Of a stretch of DNA of 64,000 bases, positions 48,248 to 61,000 are shown piece after piece. The stretch's first letter is position 1, and every line of letters starts with the position of its first letter. The stretch spans positions 6,681,519-6,745,518 of the forward strand of contig CM082578.2 of assembly GCA_040954595.2 (NCBI GenBank), in the 5' to 3' direction. The notes beneath the pieces were generated by a model. The model did no database searches and was not told where the DNA came from. It was given only the letters and a program-made list of their open reading frames with translations. Both the position numbers and the translations under genes were made by a program. The DNA comes from Balanoglossus misakiensis (lineage: Eukaryota; Animalia; Hemichordata).

Positions 48248-48961
48248 ATGCCTGCTGGAGTGACCTGGTCACAGTATCTGAAGTTTTTGACTGCAGGGCT
48301 GGTGACCATGATGGCTGGAGCCCAGCTGGTTCATATAATTTATGGACCTGATATGGTAATTGATGCACATCATGTTTGTGCACGTTGTTAATTTTTGCAT
48401 TAATTGCAAAATATCTCAGGGTGGACGGAAATCACCAATGAAGGATGGTTAAACCAATCAAACATTAAGAAGGACATTTTTACATTTACGAAGATTTCAA
48501 GGTCATTCTGGCAGTTATGTTCCGCAGTACCTGAGACGCAAGAAACAAATGTGTTATGTCCAAGCACAAGATACACTGCAACACACACTTTGACAGATAC
48601 AGGATAAATATTTTTGTGGCCTTTCAACTTTCGAATAGTGACAGCCTCTGGGGGGGGGGGGGGGGTATTACAGAGTATTTACTGAAGAAAAGGACACACT
48701 AACATTTAATAGGCACCTTCTTCATTTTCAGATTTTGTTTGAAAAATTGACAAAGTCCACACATATAAAAAAAAATCAAAGAAACACTTTAAGATAAAAA
48801 ATAATCAAAAGTTGCAACTACTGACGCTTTAAAAATGATGTGATCAACTAATGCTTGTTTTATAACTCTTCTTTTGTTTGTAGAGCATACGAGGCCCTGG
48901 GGAACACCCTGACATACCACCACCTAGAGATCCAACAGAAAACCAGGGAGAGAAGAAATGA
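48248..48961 (+). CDS. UQCC6: UQCC6/BRAWNIN (C12orf73, sloth2 homologue), complex III assembly micropeptide, 61 aa; exons 48248-48355 and 48884-48961
   Basis: MPAGVTWSQYLKFLTAGLVTMMAGAQLVHIIYGPDM|SIRGPGEHPDIPPPRDPTENQGEKK*. Matches the BRAWNIN signature MPAGV...YLK...M.AGA..VH..Y.PD; phase-0 GT-AG intron. Not in the ORF track. Confidence 0.92.
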
Positions 48962-49832
48962 ATGTGTGTATCCTGGTAGAGTTGAGGATCAGCTGACCTG
49001 TGTGTACACCTAGAGATGTTGGCCACTCATGCTGCAGGGATCACTTTCCATTCATTATCTTCACTCAAACTCTTTGAACTTTATCCAAACTTCTTTTGAA
49101 CTTCTTCCGAATCTTAGTTTTAGGTGTTTACTTGTAGTCTAGGCATCATTTTTGACCCTTTATTACACTGTAAATTGTGTCAGTAAGATTCACTCAGTCT
49201 CTGATCCCAAGGGTGAGCAAGTCGTTTTCTGGTCCACAAGTAGCGAAAGATGACTAGCCCAGCCTAAGTTACATCTGGCCCATAAATCTATTGTCAGATT
49301 TGAAGACAAATAATATGTTGGTTTGTCAGGCAAGTCAGATAGAAAAACTACTAGCCCAGTTATAAAATCTGCCGGCACTAGCCCCATGAGTTGGGCTAAC
49401 GGCCTTGTTCACCCTGGCTTTGATCTGAAATCACTTCTTTCAATCTAGTCGTACCACCTGGATAGATTAATATCATCATGCATGCTGTACTGTATTTTCA
49501 AGATCATACCAAAAATTTTACATCCGTAAAAATGTAAAAATACACACACATAATATTCTTCTTAATAATAGAATAGATTATCAGGAGAGGGATGTAGAGT
49601 GCAGAGTAAGTAGAAGTCAGAACAAACTCATCATATGACCAAGGATGGAGTATACCGTACTGTACCTATAAAGTAGAGATGTTTTTTTTACACAAGCAAT
49701 TTCTTGTGATTTTCTATTTCAGGTAGCAACATTTATTGATATCATCACCAGTGAGCAGTTGAGTATGTTGTAGTAAGGTTCATGTCTAAGACAAATTATT
49801 AAGGAATAATGTAGTTTAACTTGTACTTAACT

Positions 49833-50703
49833 TTAAGGGGACAAAGTCTCTCTCTCGCTGCCGTTTTTCCATTAAAGGCACGTAAGCTGTAACTTTTGGG
49901 ATAATTTTCATAATTTTTGTTTCAAACTGCACTACCATTAGTCCATGCAGATGAAGGCAGTGAACTATGAACAAGCATTATAAACCCTAAATATGAGTGC
50001 ATATGCAAGTTTTAACCAGATAAATAATAAAGCTTTGCCCCAAGCGATTATGGCCGCCACCGTGGGAAAATGCAAGAAACAATGAAAATGTTGCATTTCC
50101 GGTTATGAAACTTCATAAACAAAACATGACCTCATCCACTTGAGCTCATGGAAGTAAATGTACACCACTGAGACATCAGATTTTCACTTTTCATTGCAAT
50201 ATTGCACTTTTTTAAAAATTTCAGGAATTTTCGTTTTTCTTTAATTTTTGGCCATTTTGTCATAAATAAGTGTTGAGCTTGATATATTATCATGAAATAG
50301 CATTTAATAGAAATAATTAAAAGCATATATGAGATTATTTAAAACATTGATTTTTTATCCAGTTGCAGCTTACGTGCCTTTAATTATGTTTGATACAAGA
50401 CACCATTTATGTTAATGTACATGTGTATATGTAGTGAATGGATGTTCTATCACACACAACTTCCATCTCGCTTGTATGATATGAGAATAAAAACTCACCC
50501 AAAATGAAATAAATGGTACAGAACGATTATTCATTTTGGCAAGTTTTTCGTCTTTCGTGTCTACAAGCAGGATGGAAGGTGTGTGGTTGAACGTTGATTC
50601 ACTATACATGTACATGTATATCCACATGTACATTAACATAAACGGTGTCTTGTATCAAACATAATGGAAAAGGGGCAGCGAGAGAGAGACATTATCCCTT
50701 TAA
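49833..50703. mobile_element. TTAA-flanked long-TIR non-autonomous element interrupted by a second insertion
   Basis: Right arm ...CACATGTACATTAACATAAACGGTGTCTTGTATCAAACATAATGGAAAAGGGGCAGCGAGAGAGAGACATTATCCCTTTAA is the imperfect reverse complement of 49833-49874 joined to 50384-50425. Confidence 0.8.
49872..50383. mobile_element. ~510-bp TTAA-flanked TIR element (Kolobok-like ends) nested in the element above
   Basis: TTAAAGGCACGTAAGCTGTAACT at 49872 and AGTTGCAGCTTACGTGCCTTTAA ending at 50383; no ORF of transposase character inside. Confidence 0.8.
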
Positions 50704-53166
50704 GTGAGAGATTCTAAACATGTGGGCTTTTGTCAATCCCACTCACATACTTTAGTCTTCCCCACCAGTCAGGTTTAATGTGATAATACACCCCATATAT
50801 ACTAAACCTGTTACATGTCCATCCACCTATATCATAACATGCCACATCAACCCATTAATACCTGCCAAACTACCTACCTACCCATCTTGTGCACAGTCTC
50901 TATATACATATACCCATCACAGTTTGATACCCACCTTCCCCATCATAGACAAATCTATCCAATATATTCTCAACATCTGCCAATTACAGCTCTATCCATT
51001 CGCCCACCAAAGACCCATCTGCAAAGACAGTACCCGTCATATGAGCCATTGCATTCTCTGTTCAGCACTTTCGAGCTCATTTCATTCACATTGAAATAGA
51101 CTTGTGCTAGTTAACCTCTAGTTATGGTAATTAAGGATGTACATGTATAAACTAATCATATTTCAGGTCTTTTATTGAAATCATCAAATTCCATTAGATA
51201 ACCATGGTAACTTTTTAAAAAAAAATATTGCTGCAAATCTATCTTGCCATTTTATACCTTGTACATCAATGAACAAATTCAGGTATATTTTTCAAAACTT
51301 ACTTTCTCTTTGCATTCTGAGAGAATCTTATCAGATGTTTTGAGTTGACTTTTATTCGAAGAGCTTTCTCCATGTGTGTGGTTTCAGTAGCAGATTTTAT
51401 GTTTATTAAAATCATAGGACATGAAGCTCCAGGGTCAGAGGTCAAGTCGACCCATTTATATCAATGTGTACTCTTGTCTGATTCCCTGCCCCCTTTCTCA
51501 TGCTGTTGGTGCTACACTCACACAGCCAACGGCGAGGATGGGGCAGGGGGGACCAGACTATATGTACACCAACAGGTGTGTCACCCACCACCTATTTTCA
51601 CTGGAATACAATTTTTGCCTTATAGGCAGTGAAATCTGTCGGCACTGGGAAGTTCGTTTCTATTGAACACTTTTTCCCAGCTGTCTTTTAAATTATGGAT
51701 TTTTGGATTCTCCTTTGAATGTATTATGAAAATCCGCAATAAAAAATAAGAATCACTGCACTTGTTTTCAAAATACAAGGCTATGAATTTTGTCAGTTGT
51801 CTATGGGCTATACATTTTACAAAATTTATCTCAAAATAGAGCGCAGTGACCATACGATTTTAACACTCAATTTAATTGTATTTGACTGAGCTGTGTGTAA
51901 AATTCTAATAAATTAGAAGTGAATTTTCTAGCTATTCTCAATGTATGGAAAAAAAACGAAAGAACACAGTTTACAAGTTTACGTTCTGCGCGTACATCCT
52001 TAAAAGTAAACACCTGCAAACTAAATAATTTCCATGGTCCCTTTGGTGTCCAGTGTGTGCATATATTGATATTTGAAGTCTATAATGTAGTTTCCACTAA
52101 CGCTCAGCTAGGCATGAGAGAAAGATAACACAATAAAGACTTCCAAATTGAACTTCAAGTGAAGACTGCGTTAGTGTTTTTAGGTATGACTTTTTAAGTG
52201 TGAAATACAAGAATGTGTCTCTGTATGCAAATAAAGTGTCAATTGTAATTTGTTGTAATTGCTGTGCTGTATCCCATTCTAATTCCATCCCAAGTATGTA
52301 CCTCAGTCCCTCTATCACAGTGTACATACATATTACATGTGGTTTGTACCAGATATTTGTTATTCAAGGTCACTGTCATACAGTGTGCACATGTAAATTA
52401 GATGCTAGTCCAGTATGTGCTAGCAATGTTTTGATGTGGAAAAAAATATGCTGGTACCAGGAGGTATATTTTGCAATAAAGCTTTATTGAAATCTGACAA
52501 GTGCGTAGAGTTTGTTGGATTGTTGATGAAAATGGATTCATTAAGCTGTATCCGCTTCCTGCATTGTTTCATGCTTTTAGCAAAGTGCCTCCATTGGGTA
52601 AATCCTTCCTGTAATTGTTTTCTCAGAATCGCTGGTACATTTGGCTTGAAATGCAGTTTGCAGAAAACAAATACGGGCTGATGTGCACTCACTTGGACAA
52701 TTTTGTGTCCATGAGTTAAAGGCTTCAAACTTTACCCACATACATAGAAATGGGAATGCAATCTTCCAGATAGGGTTGTACAGTTCCGTACACCTGCAGA
52801 TTTTAAATGACTTACACACGCAGACAACATGTAATAATTTCAAATATTTTTATTGAATTGACAACGACATTAGTTCTCAAAATGGCAGTGGTGAAACATA
52901 TAAAAAAAAGTAAATGGCTTCCTAAAAAATTGCAATCTTTAAAAAGACACTGATATATATAAATATCTCTAAATAAAACCCATGAAATTATTACTAAAGG
53001 ACTTGCGTTTATTTTAAAACTGAGTACAAAATAGTATCTAAATACTCATAAATATCATACAGCAGTGTTAATAAAAATTCATATGTTCAGTCCAGACTGA
53101 TTCAAATTACACTAGGTATGCACTATATGTTAAAATATATACACAGGAAAAATTATATTTCAAATA

Positions 53167-56100
53167 TTATAAGTGAAAGGGTGTCAGTTTAATATAATTG
53201 GAATCTTCACCTTTGTGTAGAATGATCCCACATCTGAGTAAGAGTTCAATGTATGGTGGCCAGTATTTGTCTTGAATTGGGATGTACGGGTCGTGCGGAC
53301 GTTCTAGCTGTGCTTTCACTAATTTCTGATGGAAAGAGGGGGGAAAAAAGTTAAGAAACGATAAGGATTCATCTGTTAATCATAGCAACAGACCACTGAG
53401 TCAAAGGCTCCCCTATCACACTGACTATCCAGCCAAAGGATCCCCTAGCACACACACCATCAAGCCAAAGGCTCCCCTAGCACACACACACTATCAAGCC
53501 AAAGGCTCCCCTAGTAGACAGACTATGCAGCAAAGGCTCCCTGAGCCAGCATGCTAGAACCAAGGTGATACAACGGATTTGTTGAAAATCAACAAAGTGA
53601 CTATACCTGAACAAGGCTGTGAAGTGATGAGAACTTCTTTCCGCTTGTAAACTGATCCAGGGTTCGATTTCCAGATGAAGACCTCTACAATTCGAATCAA
53701 TGAAAAAACATGTAAATAAGTTTTGATGCAGTGAGTCAAGATACCCTAATGGGGAAGAAGCTGTAACTCTTTGCTCTTTTCGAAGATACTTTTGTTCCAT
53801 GAATCAATTAGTTTCTTGATCTACTGCTGACATCATGCTAAATTCCCTTGAAAAGATTAAAATATCTTCTACATGTGCACATTCATTGGAAATATCCGCA
53901 AAATTTGTTCAAATGTTTGGACATCTCCGTCCATTCTTTCGAGACCGACCGACCACACCCAGCAGAATAGTTGTGGGTATGTAAAATTTTACGACGTACA
54001 GCTTTGCATTTTTTATAGAATTTTTAACGTTAAAGCTGAATTTAAAACAAGGTCTCAGAACTCAAAACCTGTGATGCCTCGATAAAAAGCAATTTTACAA
54101 GTACCTACCCTTCTCCTTTGCTGATGCACTACATCAGCCGTAGGTGCTGGGAAATGCTTGGTGAGAAAGTCAAAGACACTCTGATCGAGGTCACTCAGGT
54201 ACTTCTCCAGCTTTTTCTGTTTCCTGCGCAATGTTTGCCTGGGTGTAAGCAGAAGTGAGTGGGTTTAAACCGCTGGTTAATTTTGTACATGGTAAAGCAA
54301 TGCAATGTGGAGTGAATTCAACTAACACACACACATATATACACACACACACACCAATTCTCAACAACTGCAGGAAACTTTTCACATGCAAAGATGGGGA
54401 CCTGATATAGGACTGGGAACTTAAGCATTGTCTCATTATTTCTACTTGATGCAGTGCCACCAAAGGCTAGTTGCAGACACTGAGATGCGAAATGACACTT
54501 CTCATAATTTGATACGTACAAAGTAGAGTTGGCAGTCGTTTCATCGTCAAGTTTAGATTTGATCGCCTCCTGAACTTCGATGTGTTCCTGAAGTTGGTCT
54601 TTAGCCCTGAATGTACCACAAACAAGAATCCAAAATAGTTTACTGGTCTAAAAAAAATAGTCTGTGGATGCATTTAGTTTATTTGTATTATCATAACAGT
54701 GGCGTGTGCCACTGATCACATTACACCCCAACTTGACAGACACCTCTGGCTATAATATATTCCTATAACATTCTATGAGATAACATATTTTGCATACCAA
54801 GCCTGATTCCTTGAGGCCAATCACTTCAAAGACCCAGGCTACAAATTCTACATTGCAATGAGCCCAGAATGATTCATCCTCATTTGGACAAAAATTCACT
54901 CTCAGGCATTGTAATCATGTTTAAAAATAGCATTATCATTGGTGGAGAGTTTACTTTAGTTTCCTGAATCCAGACAAAACATCAGCACCGCTTTTTTGGA
55001 AGACATGAGATGCCATGATTTCCAGGGATCGATGCATGTAGTTGCTTTTGCCCACAGACTTCAATCATCAGCTATGATGGACCTGTCAGCCATCTTGAAA
55101 TGTTCAAAATCTTCTGTAAAGTGTCAAGGATTTTTGTTTGCTGATAACTGCATTGCAACATTGTTAAACAAAAAATAGAAGAAAAACTCCTTGATTTTTA
55201 CCTCTTTAAATCGTCTCGGAGTTCCTTTTTGTGAGCCTGAACATTAGAGAGAGTCTCTTGGAGCTGTGTCACTGATGTCTGTATATCATCTGCCAGGACT
55301 GTTTTTAACACAACAGTATCTGATGGTAGGACTGGATGAATTGGAGAACACACAGTTTAAGTCACGTTTCGTTCAGCATCTCCCAAATTTTCACAAACAA
55401 TATTTGTGGCAAAAAATCAGATAATGGAAATAGTACATATTTTATTCCAAAATCACCTTGAATTATGATTATACTGTACAATGGTTGCAGAAATCCTAAC
55501 TGTAATATTTACTCAATGTATATAATAATTGTGTTTGTTAGAGAACACAATTCTCCTGATTTGACCGTTTCCTCCATTTATCTTCTAAATAACTCAAAAG
55601 TGGATGATCAGAAGTTTAGCCAAATTTTCCAAAAATCAAAAACAAAAATATTCAAAAACAATATTGTGATTAAAACTATATTGTCACAAATCTTTCGCAT
55701 ATTAATCTAATGCTTAAAACACTTATCAAAATCACACATACTGTTCAGGGGTTTCTGTTTGATGACGTCAATTTCAGCTTGTAACCTTTGCTCTTTTGCT
55801 TGGAACACTCTCACCATCTATGCATCATAAACAGAGAAAGCTTTATCAGCACAGAAAATCCTGATTAAAAATTAAGTGCCGGTGCATTTGATGTTGTGTT
55901 TCTTTACCAGCTGGAGCCATATGATGGCAATTAAACTATTAAATAAAAGGTATACGGTCACCTATGCAAATTTAGCCACGGTTACCATGGTAAATTGGGA
56001 TCAAGCCAATCGCTGAGTTTCAGTGGGTGGCACACGCGAAAAAAAGAGCGCCACCATATGTTCTTTAGAACGCTCAAATACGCCATTTCAGCCATATATG

Positions 56101-57558
56101 GGCGTATGTAAATTGGAGGTGACCGTATAACTTTAAGAATGACTGTTTCAGAAGCTTTAAGTTTAAGAATGGAATCAAGTGAAGTCCAGTGCATATGAAA
56201 GCAGAACAGTATCTGACACTTGTTGCCAGTGATCATGGCACACTTTTTGTGTGGTCATCCAGTGAAAATTTGAAATTGGCTGGATCTCAACTTTCTATAT
56301 TTGGTGTGACTATATTGTATGAGTGTATACCTTGACAGAAATGTGGGTATCTGTGGGTCGCCCTACATTTATGCTCAGCAAACTCTTGGTTTTCTGGGTT
56401 CTGTGGCAGTATTCTCCCAACACACACACCCTCTGCACAAAAGCAACTATTCGTGTGGCATTGCAATACTTACAGGATTAGTTCCATTTTCTGAAGTCTC
56501 CACTGCTACATTATTCTCCACATTATGATGGAGCTGCAAAAACAGAGAAAGAGATGATGGAACTGTAATTCCAGTCCTTTCACACTTCCACAAGAAAGTA
56601 CACAACTGGGCTCGATCTTTACATTTGCTGGTTATTTGCTGTTCTGTTCTGACATGTAGGGAGGTGGATACCCCAGGGTTGAGACTGATTTTACATATCT
56701 TGTTCTTGTCCTGAGGGTCAGTACAGTGTGTAAACACGCATTTTGCCTTTTTATCATAAATGCAAAACAATTATTTCAGAGTGAGTTCGTAACATCCGCC
56801 AGACCTAATACACAGCTCCTTATAGGTTTTCAGTGCTGTTAGAGCAACATTGTTGCTATATATTGGCTTCCTCTCTTGCAATTGGGCAACAGAGAAGTTC
56901 ACTCCCTGTTCCTCACTGTTGGTGACACCATGATGTTCAGAAGTTTGTCAAAGCAATAGACTTAGTACTACACCAGTGCCTAATGCTTTGGACCTACCAT
57001 ATGAATGTCTGTCCACTGTTGTTGACATTGTGATTTCAGTTCTTCTATTCCTTCCCGCCCCCTCTCTTCTGCAACCATAGTCTCCTGGAATTAAGTGTAC
57101 AAGAAAATTTAAATTTAAGAATGTAAAGTCAGTAAAGTGTTAATACATGGAGTAATTCGAGGTGGGGGTCGGTCGTCATGTATGTATGCTGGCACAGGCG
57201 TTTAGATTAGGGGAGTCGATCGTTACGTCGATGTGCTGCTAGTATGCCCAAAAGGAAAGTTGTTTCTAGTACACGTACTGATATATTTCATTTTCCACAG
57301 ATTTCACGGGTCAAATGCCTGTGCTTTTTACTGTACATGTAGTACTTTATTCAGTGGCAGGCTGATTAGTTCAGAATCAGACATTGATAGTGGGTCAAGG
57401 GTAACCGTGAAAGTGACATGCTTTCGAAGGAAGTGACATAAAAAGGTCATGTACCACCGTAAGCAGCGCCCAACAAACGATGGATTTTATACCGGGAAGA
57501 ACATACCGGTACCCGACGCTGCCGATAGCGACACAGAGAAAACGTGTGTACTCACCAT
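53167..57558 (-). CDS. CENPK: Centromere protein K (CCAN subunit), about 9 short coding exons
   Basis: ATG-only exon 57556-57558; 57084-56998 ETMVAEERGREGIEELKSQCQQQWTDIHM; ~56533-56474; ~55817-55741 RLQAEIDVIKQKP; ~55331-55202; ~54607-54520; ~54241-54108 FDFLTKHFPAP; ~53685-53607 FSSLHSLVQ; last exon KLVKAQLERPHDPYIPIQDKYWPPYIELLLRCGIILHKGEDSNYIKLTPFHL* (TAA 53167-53169), matching the CENP-K C-terminal PHDPY...WPPYvELLLR.GI motif. Confidence 0.92.
53402..53543. repeat. ~32-34 bp minisatellite, about 4.5 copies, in the last CENPK intron
   Basis: CAAAGGCTCCCCTAGCACACACAC(T)ATCAAGC-like units in tandem. Confidence 0.9.
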
Positions 57559-58093
57559 TGTATAAGAGATGCCCCGATTTCGTGTTGTGTATAAATCAAT
57601 GTGACTTTGTGACAGTTTCAAAGAAATCTTCAACTTGTGACGAAGAACTGACAAACTTACAGGGGAACCCCTTTTGGAAATTCCCGCTCGTCGGAGGGCT
57701 GTTCCATCTATCCTTTATCGTGATACGTGTACTTCTATATACCCTTATGTCATTATTATGGACAAGAATAGACGTTTAGTTTTGTCTGTTTTATATCTTC
57801 TATCAGCTGTTTAAGTCCCACTGATATTATAAGTTGTGACTTTGTACAACATTTCTTGCAAAAATGTTATACAGAACTATTGTAGTAGGGGTGCGAGATA
57901 CTGGATGTACTTGTCAAAACAGCATAATGATTGACAAGCTGTAGACGGAATAATCCCATTTATGTATGCAACATTTTAAAAAACTGGCCAACCACACTCC
58001 CTTTTGGTGGACACGTGGTTCATGATAACCAATCAAATCGCGAGTTATTTACGGTTACTATGCGTCCCCTACAGTCGTTCAACAATAGCCATC
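57559..58093. promoter_or_regulatory. Probable bidirectional promoter CENPK/HBP1
   Basis: Divergent ATGs 535 bp apart; CACGTG near 58012 and CCAAT near 58029. Confidence 0.55.
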
Positions 58094-61000
58094 ATGGCGT
58101 CGGTTGTGGTAAGTATTTTCCCTATGAACTTTCTTGTGAAAATTTTTCAAAAACTTTGTATGCCACAAGTATTCCGATTGCAAGTATACACCTAAAAATT
58201 TGAAATTATTTTCTCAAGGTGTAGATTTTTTTTCGCATGAATATTTTATATATAAATGAGTCTTCCCATTGCCGAAAGTTGATTAAATCTATTTACTACG
58301 TCTGTCGCCGATGTAATTTGCCGTCTGTCAGTGTTACTATTTCATTGATGCAATCGAATACGCGGATTGCGTACTGTCGAAAGTGACACCGGGTACATCC
58401 ATTATAAATGACTAGCTTATGACACATGTAAGGAACTTGCATTAAACACATTACCCAATTCTTTGACACTTCTGCGATTTCGGTGCGGTCTTTCGGCGTT
58501 GTTTTGAATGAAGTTCTGAACCCTGGAGGTTCGGGATATGATTGGGCCGATTGCGGTTTCATTCATCGCAAACCGCAAACATTCGAGAAGACGATTCGTT
58601 ATTGAGTAACACTGACTTGCCATGCTTATATAACGTAAACAAGTGTTGAAATTGGTGCAGGTCGTTGTGTCAAAAACTTAGAATTCTGCAAGTTTGGAGA
58701 TATTAAAAGTAGGGCACCGGCCGACCTGAAGTTTGCTAGATGTTCATTCATTGTCTGGTAGCAGTAGCATAGATTGTTTGCAGTGTAAAATTGTGTTCGC
58801 GTTCCGCTCCTCTTGGATAAATAAGAGCCTCGGCATTAATTTCATATTACAGTACTGCATCTTGTGTTAAATCAAAATCAACAATCTGGCGAACATTTTA
58901 CTTGCCTTGTCTATTTCTACACCGAGAAAACGTCGCTTGTACGGGCTGTCGATCGGCCGTCCAAACGCAAAATGCAACCCGACCTACAATACCCGGATGA
59001 CCTCGATAGTACAGACGTACACATTCCGTCAGATTGCACGTAATTTATATTATCCTATAAGTGTTGTGTAATTCGTACACGAAAAAATAAGTCTATCGAC
59101 ATCTTGGCATATAACCATTCACCGTAATGAAGATAACCTTGATTGTTTACGCATAAAATTGCAGAAGTACATGCTGTTGTTAAAAATCCAATTGTTTTCC
59201 CCTGTAGTTTATAGGTTGTTGAAACGCAAGTACATGTATACAAAACCGAAACTTCACAAACTCGTGCCAAAGAATACTAGTTTAGATCATGCTGCAATTG
59301 GATTAGTCAGTGTGAGCATAGACAGTAGAAGCTTTGAGGTGTGAAAGTGGTAAACAAACAGGTTTTAGAGAAAGAACAATGATAACTGTTAACAGTTCTC
59401 AGGTGTCAACTATGTTACTATTAAAGTGTATCAGCAGCAATGACCAGGTAACAATTTAGCAGAGGATGTTGATGATGAAATATTGCTGGAATATTGCTCA
59501 CCAACATAAACATTTCTGTCATGTGGTTTTGCTACAGAAAACAAGACCACACACAAAGACAGAAAAAATGTTGCAGTTCTCGCAAAGTCAAGAATCGTCT
59601 TCACAGAAACTTTTAAAGTGTCCAACAGAAGGATGTGATAAAGTTTTAAGTAGCTCCCCAGGACTTAGATACCACATGAAAACACATGAAGAGACAAGAC
59701 CATACTCATGCAACCGATGTTTAAAAACATTTAAAAGGTATGTAACATTGTAATATTTTTAGGAAGTGATGAAACATGCATATCATGTATATGTGGAAGT
59801 AATATGTTTAATAAATAAACAAATATTCATGAGAAGGGAAATACAAATTTTAAAATGTTAGCGCTCCAGCATCGTTTTATTGTAGTTAAATTTAGGCATA
59901 CTATGTCTATCAGTATTATTTGATGGTATACTTATAAAATGAAAGATTAATTTATTCTCCACAAAAAAAAGTTATATAATGTTCGACACTGACATTTTAA
60001 CCTTGAAAATGTCTATATTGCATAAGCCCATAAATTTTGGATGCTTATGCAACCTTGGCAGTCACTTTAGAATAATTGATTATCCAATTTGAAACTGTTT
60101 TTTCTATTATATTTTCAAGTGCCAATGGCCTGAAGTACCATCTTGAGAAGACCAAGTGTGGAGCACATATCAGTATTATTGAACAACCAGCTGTAAGTTA
60201 TGAAGCCATCGTCGAAAACAAACATTTGCCAAACAGGGAAAATGGTGAGTGGTGACTTTTCCATTCCCAGCTGATAATGCTTATCCCTATGACCAGATTG
60301 CCTGCATTATTTTCATTTAACCATAGCAAAATATTGGTGGAAAAATGAATAAAAGTAATGATTTTCTGCGTTTTGGCTCAGGTGAAAGTCAATAATAAAA
60401 ATTTGCAGGTTTAGAACCCTTTTCCCCTTCAGTATAGTCAATATATCAAAAAATGACCATTCAGTTACCATATAATTAAAACTCTTCATAATTTTGCAGT
60501 AAGATTGCATTTTTTCTCCAACTTTCTTCTCCCCTTTGGTCCAAGATAGACTAGCCAGTTGATTGTAACACGGATGACCTTGCGTGTTAACCCCCACCCC
60601 CAGAGTGCCTGGTCACTATTGGATTCAGTGAAATTACGCATGCAGATATTTATGCAAAGAGGCTTTTGTTGTCCTTTGTGAATAGTTTGAATTGAGGCTG
60701 AAATACGTCTTGCATGGATAACAATAGCCGACTGTGTTTGAATAGGCTTAGGCTGAAAGTGGGGTTTCAATGGCATTGTTATAGTCTCAGGCCAAGGCAT
60801 TTAAACTCATTCACTTTTTCTTTCGATCAGCTGCCACATACAATAAATTCCTATAATTTATCATAAAAGTGGTGAAGTTGATATTCCAGTAATCACAGCA
60901 GCTTATTATAAAAAGTTGTAACTTATACTCTATCAGGTTTCATTGGAGGGGATTTGTAACAAAGAAGATTGGTGAAAGGTGATAAGTTATTAAATGAAAC

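Noticed and set aside
50704-53100. Additional gene between UQCC6 and CENPK (ORFs at 51345-51666, 52420-52843)
   Set aside because: No recognisable motif or consistent spliced frame; treated as intergenic or UTR.
53402-53543. CRISPR-like repeat-spacer appearance
   Set aside because: Intervening segments are short and similar to each other, there are no cas genes, and it lies in a eukaryotic intron; it is a minisatellite.
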